Of a stretch of 64,000 bases of DNA, positions 28,231-43,274 are shown piece after piece. The position numbers and the translations under genes were made by a program. The notes under the pieces were generated by a model. The model searched no databases and was not told where the DNA came from. It saw only the letters and a program-made list of their open reading frames with translations. Location of the stretch: the NCBI RefSeq assembly GCF_009914755.1, contig NC_060931.1; one strand, written 5' to 3'. The stretch comes from the human T2T-CHM13v2.0 reference genome, Homo sapiens. Every line of letters begins with the position of its first letter. The stretch's first letter is position 1.

Positions 28231-29949
28231 GTTCACAGAGTTGGCAACCTTTACTCTTCAGACCCAGAGAAATGACTAAAATTACAAGGGGCCATGAAGA
28301 AAGGAGAAAAGCATTATTTTGGATGAAGAATGCTCATCTTACAGATGATGAACCAAGCTGCAGAGAGGTTGATAGTTATTTGTCTTTTTTATTTGAATTC
28401 CCTACAGTATGTTCATTTTACACGTGTGTGTGCATGAACATACCCACAACACACATGCACTTCCTTGGCTTAAAAATATGTTGAGAAATTTACAAATAGT
28501 CAAATAACACAATGAGTTTAAACAACAAGTAAGTGTATATTATTCTTCAGTAAAAAAAAAAAAATTTAAAAACAAAATAAGTGAATAAATAAGGGTGACA
28601 TTTGCAGGAAGTTGGTAGGACAACTTCAAATAAAAGCAACTTCACAAACATCATGCTGTAAATTCCAGTATACCTATTAGCAGTAGTCCACACATTTGGC
28701 TCTCCACTTTCTGAAAGTGACCAAAATAAGGTAAACATGATTAGTTACAAGCTTCACAGTGATCATAGAACACAAAGAAGCCACTTAACAGCAGCACCAG
28801 CAATACCTGGAATAAAGAGGGGTGAAGAGGAGCATGTAACTACTGGGGACAGTATCCTCGGTCCCACCTTTTACAGTATGTTCAACAGTAAATCTCTTTA
28901 ATGGAGCTCTTTCTTAATGTGTGTTGATGTCATCTCACCCAAAGGCAATTCTGTCAAGTCAGGTGGAGAAGAGTGGGCCCAGCTAGACAGCTATCTGCCT
29001 CCCTATTCTAAGATAAGCACACATGTCAGGTTACAATCCCAAAAGGACAGGACCTAGTCCAGTAAAGCCCACTATGCTTGGTTCCTCTCAACAGAGTTTC
29101 CCTTTCCACTTTTCAAGTCAGAGCTGACTGAGACATTCTAGGCCTAAGATCCAGAGCAGCTTTTTCTTTTGAAGACCCAAACAATTCACTAAGTTAAAGA
29201 TAGGAGTCACGTTCTCTTGTGAAAATTGAGATGAGTAAATTTGAGATGACAATTGAGATGAGTAGCTAAAATGTAGCCTGAGCAGAAGATCATTCTACTT
29301 CTGCATGCTGTGCCATGATAGGGACTGCAGTTTTCCTCAGAAACAGTTTTGTTACTGCTCCCACACAAGAGCATACATTTCCAACTTTCAAGGCCACAGA
29401 GCAAAGCTGTAGTACTTTCATTGTGAAAAACATTTAATGACTTCTTTTACCTAATCCCCACTGTTGCCATAAAATATTCCCAGTGATATGTCTCTCAGGT
29501 TTAACTTTAAGCAATAGATGTTTCAAGCAAACTCTGAGAAATAAATTAGCTACAAATCTTGTCCCTGGGATTGGACAAGTTTAATTATTGCAAGAGTAGT
29601 TGGATATGACTTTGTGTAGTTATGGACCTGCAGTCATTTTTCTTTCCTGTACCCTTCAGTGCAAAAAACGTGTTCTGGGTTGTACTTTTCAAAAGGTATA
29701 AAGATCAACCCCCAATTCAGAAGGGGTGGACAAGACGTGGGTTTATAGTGTGGCTAATAAAGCTGTAACTGTAGGGTCCTCACTTGCATGGTCTTTTCTA
29801 GCAAACTGAGCCAAATTCTGTATTTGTTTTCTCTGCAAAGCTCCACTGCTTCCTAGAACACTTGACAGTATATCAGGAGACCTCACTGGTTGTCATCAGT
29901 CAGCAATGTCTTTCCTTTCTTTTATGTAAATGCATTTTTGTAAAGTAGA

Positions 29950-30145
29950 AAGAATATAGGCTTTGGAGTTACAATTCTCTGGTTACAGTCCTTCTAGTAT
30001 AAACTTGGAAAGATACTGAACATTTCTGGAACTCTACTTATCATCTGTAAAGAACTAAACTAAAATAGGTAATAATTAGTATTACTATCAACATATAATA
30101 ACCCCACATGCTGTTCATAAGGATCAAATGAAATACTGTATAAAA
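29950..30145 (+). mobile_element. MIR
   Basis: ggctttggagtta...tcatctgtaaa...aggatcaaatgaaata. Confidence 0.65.
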
Positions 30146-30394
30146 AGTGGCACAAGAGGACCCCTTGCTTTTCCTCTGGTCTCTCCCTCCTGGTTATTCC
30201 AGTGCATATAGAAATAACTTTGCCAACTGGGCCCATTCAAGAATCTTCTCCTCTCAATCAGATGTCTTGAGACTCCAATCTCTGATAGCTTACAAGTTGT
30301 GTCTTGGGACCCTGTATCCTATTCTTCACCCTTCATAGAAAATTTTACCAGTGCCATGATTCCTGCCAAAAGAGTGACTGGACTCATCACAGCA

Positions 30395-30570
30395 GAGGCA
30401 CTGGAGTGCAATAGAAAGAACGCAGTCTTTGAAAATAGACAGACGTAACTTCAGACCAATGCTTAGAAATGAATTCACTGGTCTGAGCACCATTTCCTCA
30501 TCTACAAAATGAGGGTAAAATATTGTCTTCAAAAAGTGGTTACAATGATACGTGAAATATATCTCAATAA
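30395..30570 (+). mobile_element. MIR
   Basis: ggagtgcaatagaaagaac...tttcctcatctacaaaatgagg. Confidence 0.65.
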
Positions 30571-31002
30571 AGCTTTTTTAAAAAATTGTTGTAAATATTG
30601 AAATAACATAAATCCCCAATGAACATCAGTTGCTGCTTAAAATGATAATTCTTCTCTGTTTTTCACTTCTGTGCCAATTCCGTTGGTCTTAGACAATGTA
30701 ATGAGTGGTTACTGACAAAGATATGTAAAGAATATTGGAAAAGAGGAAACAGAATAAACACTGTGAAAGTTTGTCATTTTAGCTTAACAGATTATTCAAC
30801 TTGACAATACTTTTCACCTCTCTGAAGGGGAAAATGTAAAAATTATTGTATCGTTTAAAATTAGATTTGTGTTAGTACTTTTGCAGTAAAAGCAAGTATT
30901 TTTAGCCAACACTTGCTGAGTTGTTACTGTATGGAATTAATCGTAAGATTCCCAGCATTCTTTGCCAAGAGAAAAACACTCTGACATTTTGTGTATACTC
31001 AC

Positions 31003-31067
31003 AGTTTTCCTTGGTTTGAACTTCAAACACTGATGTGAATCATTTGCATATCATCTGACAAGGCTAC
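31003..31067 (-). other. MACC1: MACC1 non-coding 5'UTR exon (65 nt, exon 2)
   Basis: Acceptor ttattctctttcaagtag|GTAGCC and donor AAAACT|gtgagt; agrees with the recalled MACC1 structure. Confidence 0.88.
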
Positions 31068-31520
31068 CTACTTGAAAGAGAATAAACATGAATCTTTGGT
31101 CACTGTTAAGTGAAAACAGAATGTTTATGCACTAACGTTTGCTATGAGAAAGAGCTTATGAATAAAATTTGGTAGAATGGGTAAGATTAAAGAGAGACTC
31201 ATTACACCACACCATCCAATTCATACAGCAGGAATTTCCCTTAAATTCTCAACAATTGATTACATCTAGTTTCTAATGTTTCAGGGAATCACACTGTTTC
31301 CATTTGTTATTTTTGTAAACAGAACGGTGTGCAACAGTATGAACTCTTTGTCAAAGCAGTGACTTGAAAAATACTAATGCGCATACATGTGTGCATATAT
31401 CTATTCAGAAATATAGACAACTGATAGAGAAAGATGGATATTGATATAGACATATATATGATTCAGCTGAACAAAAGTATTTTTGTTATTATTAATGCTC
31501 CACTGATTTCTGATTACTAG

Positions 31521-32129
<609 letters not shown>

Positions 32130-32527
32130 CAGAGACAATTACATCTTCAAAATTTCACTTATTTCAACACGGTATCAAGTGATGATGTGAGTTACAAGAA
32201 GTCTGGAGGAAAAAGCTGAGAGAGGAAAACTGCCCTGGGTAAGAAAGGAAACCAACTGAGGAGACTGAGGATTGGGACAAGTGATTGTAGCCTAGAAGGG
32301 AAATACGAAATAAAAAGACATAACTAATGAGAATATTCTGAGGGAAATACTGAGAGGTATGCATTGTCAACCCTAATATCTAGTTCTCCCACACAATCTT
32401 CAGAAAAATCCATGTTACTCACTGATTCAGGAAACATTTATAGTGTAAAATAAGAGGCATTGAGTCCAACTTAACAGCAGGAATAAAAGGAAAACACAGC
32501 TGCCCAAATGAACATACGGGTTACAAG

Positions 32528-32625
32528 CAGGGTGAGCTGCCATTGATCTGGGTTTGCCCAGGACTGCCCTGTTTTAAAATCCAAACCTCTCAGTCCGGAG
32601 CAAACCAGGATGGCTGGTTACCACA
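32528..32625. mobile_element. MER81-like (hAT-Blackjack)
   Basis: agggtga...ggtttgcccaggactg...cagtcc...gcaaaccaggatggctggttacc with inverted arms. Confidence 0.7.
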
Positions 32626-32754
32626 GTTACAGGAACATGTTAGTATATAAGTACGTAGTCCAACATAAAGAATGTAAAATATTCAATGTAAATCTCTTTT
32701 CTATCTGTATGGATTTTTAAAGTATTTTAAACCATCATGAGGGAGAAAATAAAA

Positions 32755-32810
32755 TATATAAATATATATACGCACATATATATACACACATATATACACA
32801 CATATATATT
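32755..32810. repeat. (TA)n/(CATATA)n low-complexity repeat
   Basis: Read directly. Confidence 0.85.
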
Positions 32811-33324
32811 TGAGCTATATAGGAATGACTTTAATTTCATGTTTAAATTAATTATGTTTTGTTATTCTACTTTCAGGTGTTAAATTCTAGTGGAAACAGA
32901 ATAAAATACAAAATAAAATACAAAAGAAACCATTCAGAATAGAATAGGCAGAATTGTCCATCACTGTCATTTTTAATTCTTTCAATTGACCTAAAAGTTG
33001 AACCCCATCACTTAACCGCCCAAAGTGACAGTGAACCTCTCCAAGAAGGAGCTCTTCCTCTCCTTTTTCCTCCATCTCCCCTTTATTTAATGCAGGTGGA
33101 ATACTCAAGGTCAGGAGCCTATCTCCTTGCTGAGAGCCTGTGCTGCTCTGGGGAAGCTAGTGGGTTCCTTGTGATCAGCTGGGGAGACGGGAAAAAGCCT
33201 CAGAGTTGTCCCCACAGCACCACCTGGTGCCAGGTTGGGGTCTTCCTGGACTGCTGTTTAGGAGTTTTGTCCTGTTCTTGCTTTCTACCTCCTTATCATT
33301 TTCCCTAAACAGTTTAGTATAAAA

Positions 33325-33478
33325 TTGGGGTTCTCAACCATTCCTCTGCATCAAAATCAATTTCAGAGCTATTTTTAAAAATACAGATGCCCAGAAATCA
33401 TCCCAAAAATCCGAGATGGATCCCAGGCTTCATTTATTTTTATAAAAAGTTTCTGGGAGATAAATTGAGAGCCACCAA
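33325..33478. mobile_element. MER5-family (hAT-Charlie)
   Basis: ggttctcaacc...tgcatcaaaatca...aaaaatacagatgcccag...ttgagagccac. Confidence 0.7.
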
Positions 33479-36400
33479 ATCATAATTATGAGGTGATAAT
33501 ATACATGTTTTGCTTTGTTTTCTAAAAACATATTATTAAACATAATAAAATATATGGCAGCTGAAGATGCCCATCCTTACCCTGGCACAAACATGTCTCG
33601 GGACTATGTGCTAGACATAGGATTTCACTATGATAAAGGAAAAATTTACAGCTCTCTTTCTTGGGGCATGGCCCTTTCTAGTATAGCCTTGTGATTATAG
33701 GAAAGATTAGTTTTGTTCCAGGTTTTAGGGACAAATTCTTCCTCCCTTAGTGTGATTGTCAGGGTCAATATCTTTGTCTTTTCTTTCCCTTTGAATTGTA
33801 AGATCTAGATAGTGACACTTCTGGATAGTAAGGTGATGTAAAGGTTGCCTTTGGCATAAGTCCTTGTTCTGCCTCTAGCTTATGCAAAAAGTGGGTTGCA
33901 AATAGAGTGCGACCTCAGCCACTCATAAAATTGTGTGTTTGCCTAGCATTATCTGCTTCAAACCTATTGTGCTAATGGACAATCTGATCTTGGGTCCTAG
34001 CCACATACCATCTTGGCCCAACTAACCAGTAGTCTCTGAAATGTAATAAATTCATTTAAATGATGGTGCCATGAACCTGTTTTAGTACTGGCTGGGGTCA
34101 CTGAGATTGATGCTCTTGGGTATGATGGGGAAACTAGCTCTGAAAGTGAGGCTAAAGGAACTCTCCTGTCTTTTGAGGAGCAGTTGCGTCACATGAGTAT
34201 GTTCATAACGTGGACAACTGCTTCCTTTGGGTATATAGATTCAGATTTGATTCATAAAAATTGGTTTGGGTGTATGGTTTCAAAGAAGTAGGTAAGTTCA
34301 TGGATGGTTAGTTGGATGAACAGACAACAACATTCAGCACTTAAGTGTGACTTCCTGATGATCTGAGGTTGCCTGAATCACAGGGACTTTCTCAATCCTC
34401 TTTGGACCCCAGCACTTAGCATAATTCTAGAATAAGTTATGAATAAATATTGGTGTAATTATTAAAATTAAATGATAATGCAATATGTGTATAAAGACAA
34501 AGAGACAGAATTTGTCAGTGAATAAGATGACAGCTCATCTGTAAGAATCGTGTTGGGAAGCTTTCCCCAATCAGCATCTGGCAAAACTTAAATATTTCAG
34601 GGGAAGGAATGTGAGAAGTTCATTTTAAAACTTCTAGGATCAAATACAATGAATCTACTGTTTGAATTCAGGTATGAGAAAGAAATTTTAAAATGGTTAA
34701 CTAAATTTCATGGCCCCAGCAAAATCAATGTTATAAAAATATAACTATATGGGAAATTGCAGATATTATAATGTTATGGGCAAAAGCAAGGTATAAAAGA
34801 TTTTATATGGTATAATGCCTTGTGTGGGTATACAAACATATACAGCTTGCAGAGTTTTTTAATAAAGAAAAGTACGAGAATAAAATAAAATTCTCACCCC
34901 CAAAATCTACTATTGATGTTTTGTTTTGTGTGTATTATTTCAAATGGCATTTCCCTATTCACATAAAATATTATTAAAAAGGAAAATATAAAGCATATAG
35001 TAAAAGCATGTACTGTGTGGGTATCTCTGAATGCAAAATAATGTTCACATTTGTGTATGACTATTCACGGTATCAACATTAATTTAAATACTCTTTTCCC
35101 TTTGCCTTTCAAGAACAATTTACATCCTTAAATTTTAAAAAAATGTATTTGTTATTTTGTATTGCTTTTGCAAAATCCTTTACTACCATTTTCCCAGTTT
35201 TCTGTTGATGAACTTGAAAAATATTCTAATACTAAATATATCAACCCTTCATATGTTGTATATCACATATCCCAAATATCATCTCCCAGTATCTTCTCAG
35301 TTCTCCTATTTTATTTACGATATTTTATGTCATATTCTAATTTTATGTTGACAAATCTATAAATCTTTTCTGACTTGGCCTCTGTTTCTATATTTATGGT
35401 TAGAAAGATATCATCTACTCTGAGATAAAATGAATATTAACTTATATTAGCTTCTGATTCCTTATGGCTTTAACTTTTTTTGATGAACTCTTTAACCCGG
35501 CAATATTTTATTTTGGTATATGATGCAAAATTTATGGCATTATTTTCCAAACTATCCATTATTCCAACAACCATTAAAAGAAATCTGTTACCACCAATAT
35601 CATAAAATAAATGTGTGTGAATATGTACAAAATATATACACATATTTAATCAATGTTTTGGTTTTTCTCTTCTTTTTCATGGATCATCAACTTTAAAATA
35701 TGACAGGCAAAGGCAGATTTAAAAAATTGATCAAGCAATAGAACATAAAAAAACACTTATAGGTTATTTTCAAAGATATCTGCATCTAATATATATAACT
35801 CTTGATATATTTTCAAATGTATTGCAAAATTAGCATTTTCATATAATTGCATATATGCATATATGTTCATGAAACTATATATCTATATATTCATATATTA
35901 GGGGGTTTTGTGCCTCTGGCACTGGTAAATAACCAAGAAAAATTTTAGGTAACATTTCATCCTGTCACCAGAAGACTGTCACAGTGTTTAATCTTGAAAG
36001 CAGGCTTTTCTTCTATTTCTCCTTCTTATCCTTTACTTGGATGAAGAAATAGCATTTTAACATGACTCTTGGCCCCAGTGATAAAACCTAATGCTAATAT
36101 GTTTGCTGACGGTGAAGCTGGAGCAGCCTTAAATCAATTCCTTAGAACTATTTGGAATATAGCAAATATAAAGCTGGAACAATAATAAAAATATTTCCAT
36201 TGTAGGCTACAAAGAAAAGACAACACTGAAAATCAGAGATCAGTGTTAGAAGTGGGTTCTACAACTGACCTCTTCGATATCCTTCAGTATTATTGCACCT
36301 CTTGAGCCTCTGTTTATGCTGTGGTGCCCATTTCATAGGGCAGGTGTGGAAATCAAGTCAGAGATATTAAAGATGATAGTGATTTGTAAACTGTAAAAAA

Positions 36401-36824
36401 ATTACTAAGTACAACAAATGTTCTCTCAAAACTTATTAATAGAGAATATTTTTAGGTTTCTGAATAGACTATTGTTTTATGGTCAGAGTATAATTTAACT
36501 TCATTTTACAACATATACATAAAACATCATGTTGCGCATCTTAAATATATACAATCTTCATCAATTATACCTCAATAAAACTCGTAAAAATAAAAGAGAA
36601 GTCTATACATGAGATAAAATGGCATAGAACTGTAGCAGGGTTAATTAATCTGTCAAGTCTCACTGCTGATGATGGCAGTGCCAGATTCAACCCGTATTGA
36701 ATTGATCAAGTCTATTGTTTTCAAAGCCTGTATTACTAATCATCATGTTTCTCAGTTCTCTGAAAATAGGGATAAAATAATAGTTAATTTAAAAGATTAG
36801 CCTTATGCAATGTCTTTTAAAAAT

Positions 36825-37497
36825 TCAACATAAACTTGCCATGTGCCCAGCAATCACCCTGGATGTTTATCCCAGAGAAATGAAAACTTATTTTCATAGA
36901 AATGTATTTACACAATTGTTTATAGCAGCTTAGTATTTAATAGCCCCAAACTGGAAACAACCAAAATGTCCTTCAGTGAGTAAATGATTTAAAGAACTGT
37001 GTTACACCCATACCGTGAAATATTACTCAACCATAAAATGAAAGAAACTATTAACACATGCAACAACTTAGATACATCTCAGGCATTATGCTGTGTGAAA
37101 CAAGCCAGTCGCATAAGGTATGATTTCATTTACATGACATACTCTAAATGATAAAATTATAGTGATGGCGAGCAGATTAGTGGTGCCAGAGAATAGGGAT
37201 GGTGAAGGGAAGAGGAGTGGATGTAACTATAAAGGGGTACCGCAAGGGAGATCTTTGTAGTGATGAACTGGTTTTGTATCTTAATAGCACTGGCAGTTAT
37301 ACAAATCTACACGTGATAAAATGTCAAAGAGCTATACATACACACCTTGTACAAGTGTCAATTTCCTGGTTTTGATATTGTGCTACAGTTATGTAAGATG
37401 GTCCCTTTAGGGGAACTAGATGGAAGGTATATAGGATTTTGTACTATCTTTCCAAATTCCTGGGACTCTATGATTAGTTTAAAATAAAAAGTCAAAA
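36825..37497 (+). mobile_element. L1MB/MC-type 3' end
   Basis: cccagcaatc...tttatcccagagaaatgaaaactta...ccaaactggaaacaaccaaaatgtcc...ending aaaataaaaagt. Confidence 0.85.
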
Positions 37498-37924
37498 AAC
37501 CGGAAATACACAAGCACAGAATGTCTGAAATTAAATAACAAATGATAACATTTGGCCTGAAATTTGTCTCTTTGTATCTAATTATATCAACTTTTTAAAC
37601 TATGCTGTTCAAATACACTCTATTCTTGTAACTATTTTATACCTGTTTAATTTTTAAGTTTCTGTTGATGTGATAAAATCTCCCACCATGATTTTGAAAT
37701 TGTCTCAGTCTCTTGTAATTCAGTCAGTTTGTGCTTCCTATATTAAACAGTTCAGGGCTTTGCTGTTAAACCATATAAGTATGTGAAGGTTATATTTTCT
37801 TAGGATTTTTTCTTTGTTTTTCTCTGGTGTTTCTCTTTATCCCTATAAGTGCTTTTTTGTTCTAATTTATATTTTATGTGATATTAATATTGCTATACAA
37901 ACTTTATTTTGATTATTGTGCTTT

Positions 37925-38090
37925 ACCATTTTAACGCACTTTTTTCACAGTTTAATATATCTGAAATCATGATGCATATGCAATTAATTTCAGAATTTAG
38001 CTGCCTTTGTTGTTTTTTTTTTTTTGGTATTATATAAAATAATAATGCATCTTACAGGGGAAGTCATAAATCCAATGAAATAAAGTATTT
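37925..38090. mobile_element. MER104-like (TcMar-Tc2)
   Basis: gcacttttttcaca...tctgaaatcatgatgcat...ataaaataataatgcatcttaca...atgaaata. Confidence 0.6.
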
Positions 38091-38547
38091 ACCTGACATA
38101 TTTTTTCCCATCTTCTTATTTCAACCATTTGACTGGTTGTCCAGCCCCAAATTGTTGGACTTTTTTAAACAATTCACACTGACTGGCAGTCTTCACCTTT
38201 AAATAGTTGAGTTCCATCCCTTTAAAATCATTTAAAAACATGATTTTTAAATTTATCTCCATTACCTTATTTTGTGTTTACTTTTTTACTTTTATTTATT
38301 TCCTCCTTCTATTAGATGAATAAAATGTTCAATAGCTCCTCTTGTTCCCAATTCCAGGTTTTTAAACTCTACACATTTTGTAGTAAGTTTTAAGATCTCA
38401 GTTTACCTACTTACTTATAAATATTCATAAGAATGTATAAATTTATTTTATGTTTCTTACTAATACTCTAAAACAAAAAATGATCATAAAAATATCTGCT
38501 TATTGAAAAATTTCACACTATTATTGCTGCCCAGAATGTTAATCTTA

Positions 38548-38551
<4 letters not shown>

Positions 38552-38587
<36 letters not shown>
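38552..38587. repeat. (CA)n microsatellite
   Basis: About 18 units. Confidence 0.97.
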
Positions 38588-38589
<2 letters not shown>

Positions 38590-38886
38590 CAGAGAATAAT
38601 TGATTCAATTTATGCCTACATTTTATACAATTCTGTGGTCATCATTATTCTTATGTTCTATGCTTTTGTCCTGAATTAACAAGGTTTACAGTTGTATACC
38701 TTCAACATTTTGAAGACATTATTTCATTATCTTTCGGCATGTATTAGTGTTGATGAGACAGCTTCAACAGTCTGGTTGGTGTTCTTTTGTAGGCAGTTTT
38801 TTATCATTCTGTTAAATTTTAAAGAACTTCTCTAAATTCTTGAGAGTCTTTAGTTTCACTATGGAGTACACCTATGCAGATTAACC

Positions 38887-39237
<351 letters not shown>

Positions 39238-40451
39238 TGAAAAACATTCAACTATTTTCTCTATCCTACTTTCTCTGGATTTTTTTTCTGGAAATCTGAT
39301 GAAATGAATACTCTTTTCTTCAGATTTATTAACTTTTATGAACTTTTATCTTCTTTTGCTTCGTGCTGTGTTCTCAACAAATAAATCAGTGCTAATGTCC
39401 AATTTGTTGAGGTTTTCTTTTTCCATATATTAGGTTTCCATTACTATGACTACATTTGTCAATGCTAAATATTCTCATCAGTGCTTTTTCTTTTCCATTT
39501 GTCCTTTGAATAAGGTCTTGCTATCTTACAGAAAAAAAAAATTCCATCATTTAAAATCTGACTGTTTTCAGATTATTTTATATAATTAATTCATTTTGAT
39601 TAAGTCCACTTAATAATTATGGCTGTGTTAGATATATTACTCAGCATTCTATTTCTTCAAATGTTTCAGAATTTTGGTTTCCAAGGTCATGTTAATTAGA
39701 AGGTATTTTGTCTGTTTCGTTTCTCTCCTCAATTCTGTGCTCTCTTCTCTCTGTCCAGTGGATTTCGGTTGCCTCCATTGGGCTTCTTAGGTCACTAAAT
39801 GGTATTGCTTCTGTCCCATGATGGTATTCGATATATTGCAGATCCATGCAAAAAGCCTGGTGAACAGTTCAGTTCCTGATTGGAGGCTGTTTCTGAGTAT
39901 TTTCCATTTCCTAGGCTGCTTCTTGTTAATATCTGAAGCCCCACACAGAAGCCAGCAGGAGTTGTTGTTTTTTTTGTTTTTTGTTTTTTGTTTTCAAAAG
40001 GCTTCCAAGATTTGGGGGTTAAGGGTAGCTGACATCAACCAGTGGTTTCAACCAACAAATAAGATTCTGGTCTTCTGTCTCAAACAAAGATCTTTTAAGA
40101 CTCAATCTACTTACTAAAGCCAAAATTCAGCTCCCACTCTTGCTTTCACACACAAAGTGTGGTAGGTCTGTGAATTCAATCACCTTATCACACTGTATTT
40201 CTGCTCCAATTCTGCTCTATGAATTGTCAACTGTGCTTTGGGGCCCAGACATTTTTTTCTATTTTACTATGAGCTGTTTATTGATATTTTTAGGAGAGAT
40301 AAAAGAGTGTCAAAACCTGAAGCTGCTCATCTTGATCAAAATTCTGCTAAATTTTTTAATTAAAAAGTAAAATTCTTGCCTTGTTCAGGAGAGAATATAC
40401 TTATTCAATTCAGATAATGATAGAAAGTATGTTCAAAAATATATAGGCAAT

Positions 40452-40759
<308 letters not shown>

Positions 40760-40852
40760 TGTATAGGCTTAAATTAGCAAAGCATATAAATAGCAAAATA
40801 GAAATATTGTACATAAAACTAGCAGTTTAATTGATTAATAATTCTAAAGTGT

Positions 40853-41160
40853 GCCTGGGCGCAGTGGCCACGCCTGTAATCCCAGCACTTTGGGAGAACA
40901 AGGTGGGTGGATCACTTGAGGTCAGGAGTTTGAGACCAGCCAGGTCAACATGGTGAAACCCCATCTCTACTAAAAATTTAAAAAAATTAGCCAGATGTGG
41001 TGGTGCGTGTCTGTAATCCCAGTTACTCAGGAGGCTGACACAGAAAAATCACTTGAATCCGGGAAGCAGAGGTTTCAGTGAGGTGAGATTTCACCACTGC
41101 ACTCCAGCATGGGTGACAGGATGAGCCTGCATCTCAAATAACAATAATAATAATAATAAT
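40853..41160 (+). mobile_element. Alu (AluS) with (AAT)n tail
   Basis: Full dimer; TSD-like aataattc(t/c)aaagt. Confidence 0.94.
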
Positions 41161-41369
41161 TCCAAAGTATGATTCATTAAGAAGGCAAATATAAATTGGC
41201 AAATGTTTATGAAATATGTATAGAAATAAAGGAAACTAAAACAAAATCACAGAAGAATATAACTACAGATTCTAAGAACAATAAATGATTTTGAAAAAGC
41301 ATAAATGTGATTTTAAGCTAATAAATTTGAATGGCGATACTAAAAACTGTTCTAAGGATGTATGTGCTC

Positions 41370-41396
41370 TGTGTGTGTGTGTGTGTGTGTGTGTGT
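41370..41396. repeat. (TG)n microsatellite
   Basis: Read directly. Confidence 0.95.
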
Positions 41397-41699
41397 ATAA
41401 TTAACATTTACTTATAAAGTAAAAATTCTCAATGTACACATAAACATGAAAGAAATAGGACTGCCAGCTAAAACTATGTTCTAAAACTGACCTGGACAAT
41501 TTGATTCCATATCAGGTTCTAACAAAACTTTTAGTGATAAAAATCTTACATTATATAAATAATATGTATTACAAAGAAAAATGGAGTCTTTGTAACAAGC
41601 ATTATATTGATAGAAAGGACAGTTACAGTATAAAATATTGTAGTGAAATTCCACTGAATATTAGATTAAATATTATACATAAAATATTAACAAATAAAA

Positions 41700-42240
41700 C
41701 TTATAAGTGTATTACATGAATAATACATATTAACGAAGTTAGGTTTGCCAGGAACAAATGACTGCTTAAGCATTTGATAATATATTCATGCAATCATTGT
41801 ATTAATTTAATATGTAAAAACTATGATTATCTCAATGCATTCTAAAAAATCATTTGCTAAAATTCCATATTGAATTTCATAAAAATATGCCAACAACCTA
41901 GAAATAGATGAAAATTTTTATCTGGTAAAGAGTATTTGCCATAAACCTTTCTCTTATACCACAATTAATGATAAAATATTAAAAACATTTGCATTTTAAA
42001 AGGTACAATGTAATGAGATTCCATATTACTGTTAATTTCCTTCACAGTAACCAAAGGGCTCATAACCAGTGCAATGAAACAATAAAAATAAATTAAAACA
42101 TAGAACTTTCAAAAGAGAGAGAAAAAATATTATTTACAGACTGTATGATGATACTCCTAACCAATTCAAGAGAATAACTGACAGATTATTAGAACTAATG
42201 AGAAGTCTAGGAGGTCAAATAAAAGATAAATAATAAAAAT
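41700..42240 (+). mobile_element. Old L1M ORF2 remnant
   Basis: tatgattatctcaatgcat...aaaaaatcattt...aaaattc, aacctagaaatagatgaaa, ttatttacaga...atgat (decayed RT region). Confidence 0.7.
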
Positions 42241-42243
42241 TAG

Positions 42244-42639
42244 TGATAGACTGGATTAAGAAAATGTGGCACATATACACCATGGAATACTATGCAGCCA
42301 TAAAAAAGGATGAGTTCATGTCCTTTGTAGGGACATGGATGAAGCTGGAAACCATCATTCTCAGCAAACTATCGCAAGGACAAAAAACCAAACACCACGT
42401 GTTCTCACTCATAGGTGGGAATTGAACAATGAGAACACATGGACACAGGAAGGGGAACATCACCCACTGGGGACTGTTGTGGGGTGGGGGGAGGGTGGAG
42501 GGATAGCATTAGGAGATATACCTAATGTTAAATGACGAGTTAATGGGTGCAGCACACCAACATGGCACATGTATACATATGTAACAAACCTGCACGTTGT
42601 GCACATGTACCCTAAAACTTAAAGTATAATAATAATAAT
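42244..42639 (+). mobile_element. L1PA (L1PA3/4-like) 5'-truncated copy: ORF2 C-terminus plus 3'UTR
   Basis: Encodes DWIKKMWHIYTMEYYAAIKK...LIGGN*; G-rich 3'UTR; (AAT)n tail; TSD AAAATTAGTGATA (42236-42248 / 42640-42652). Confidence 0.95.
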
Positions 42640-42668
42640 AAAATTAGTGATAAATCAATTTGATAATA

Positions 42669-43094
42669 TGGAGACAAAAGTGACTCCATTATGGCTGTTA
42701 ACCCACCATGTTGACTTCTGATTAACTCCAGTCCCATGAATGCCTCCTGATTCCTATTTGCTGTTCTTAGTGTAAGAACATGTCAACCTTAATATTATTG
42801 CACAAGTTACAGGATATGATGCACATCGCATTCTTGCCTATTCTGAAGGGTTGCCTTTAATTGTCTTGCTGGACCATATATACCCTTTCCTACTGTATAT
42901 AAACCCTGGGCCTGGGAACAAACAGTGCGAAGAGTTGCCTGTCTTGCTACCGTCCAAGACCATGCTTCTGTTTGTAAGTTTCCCCCATAAAACACCCAAT
43001 ACCAACAACCTCGATTTGTCTTCCTCATTCTTTGGTTTCTGGGCTCCTTTGACACATGGGAGTCACTTTTCATATATGGCCCTTTCACAGAATA
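42669..43094 (+). mobile_element. Solo LTR, LTR47-like (ERVL)
   Basis: Starts tggagacaaaagtgactccat; TATA-like tatataaa near 42897; ends ggccctttcacagaata. Confidence 0.75.
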
Positions 43095-43274
43095 GACAAT
43101 GTAATGAAAAAAAATCCCATTAACAATAGCAGCAATATCTACAATACACAATATTTACAAAAACTAATGGGAAATCTTATGTAAAAACAAATTAAACTGT
43201 AGAAAATTCTTATTCTGTAAAGATCTCAATTTTTCAAATTAAACATTTAAATAGAACTTAATTGAATTTGACGA

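Noticed and set aside
42243-42425. ORF matching the L1 ORF2p C-terminus
   Set aside because: 5'-truncated ~400-bp L1 copy without promoter or true start; not an active element.
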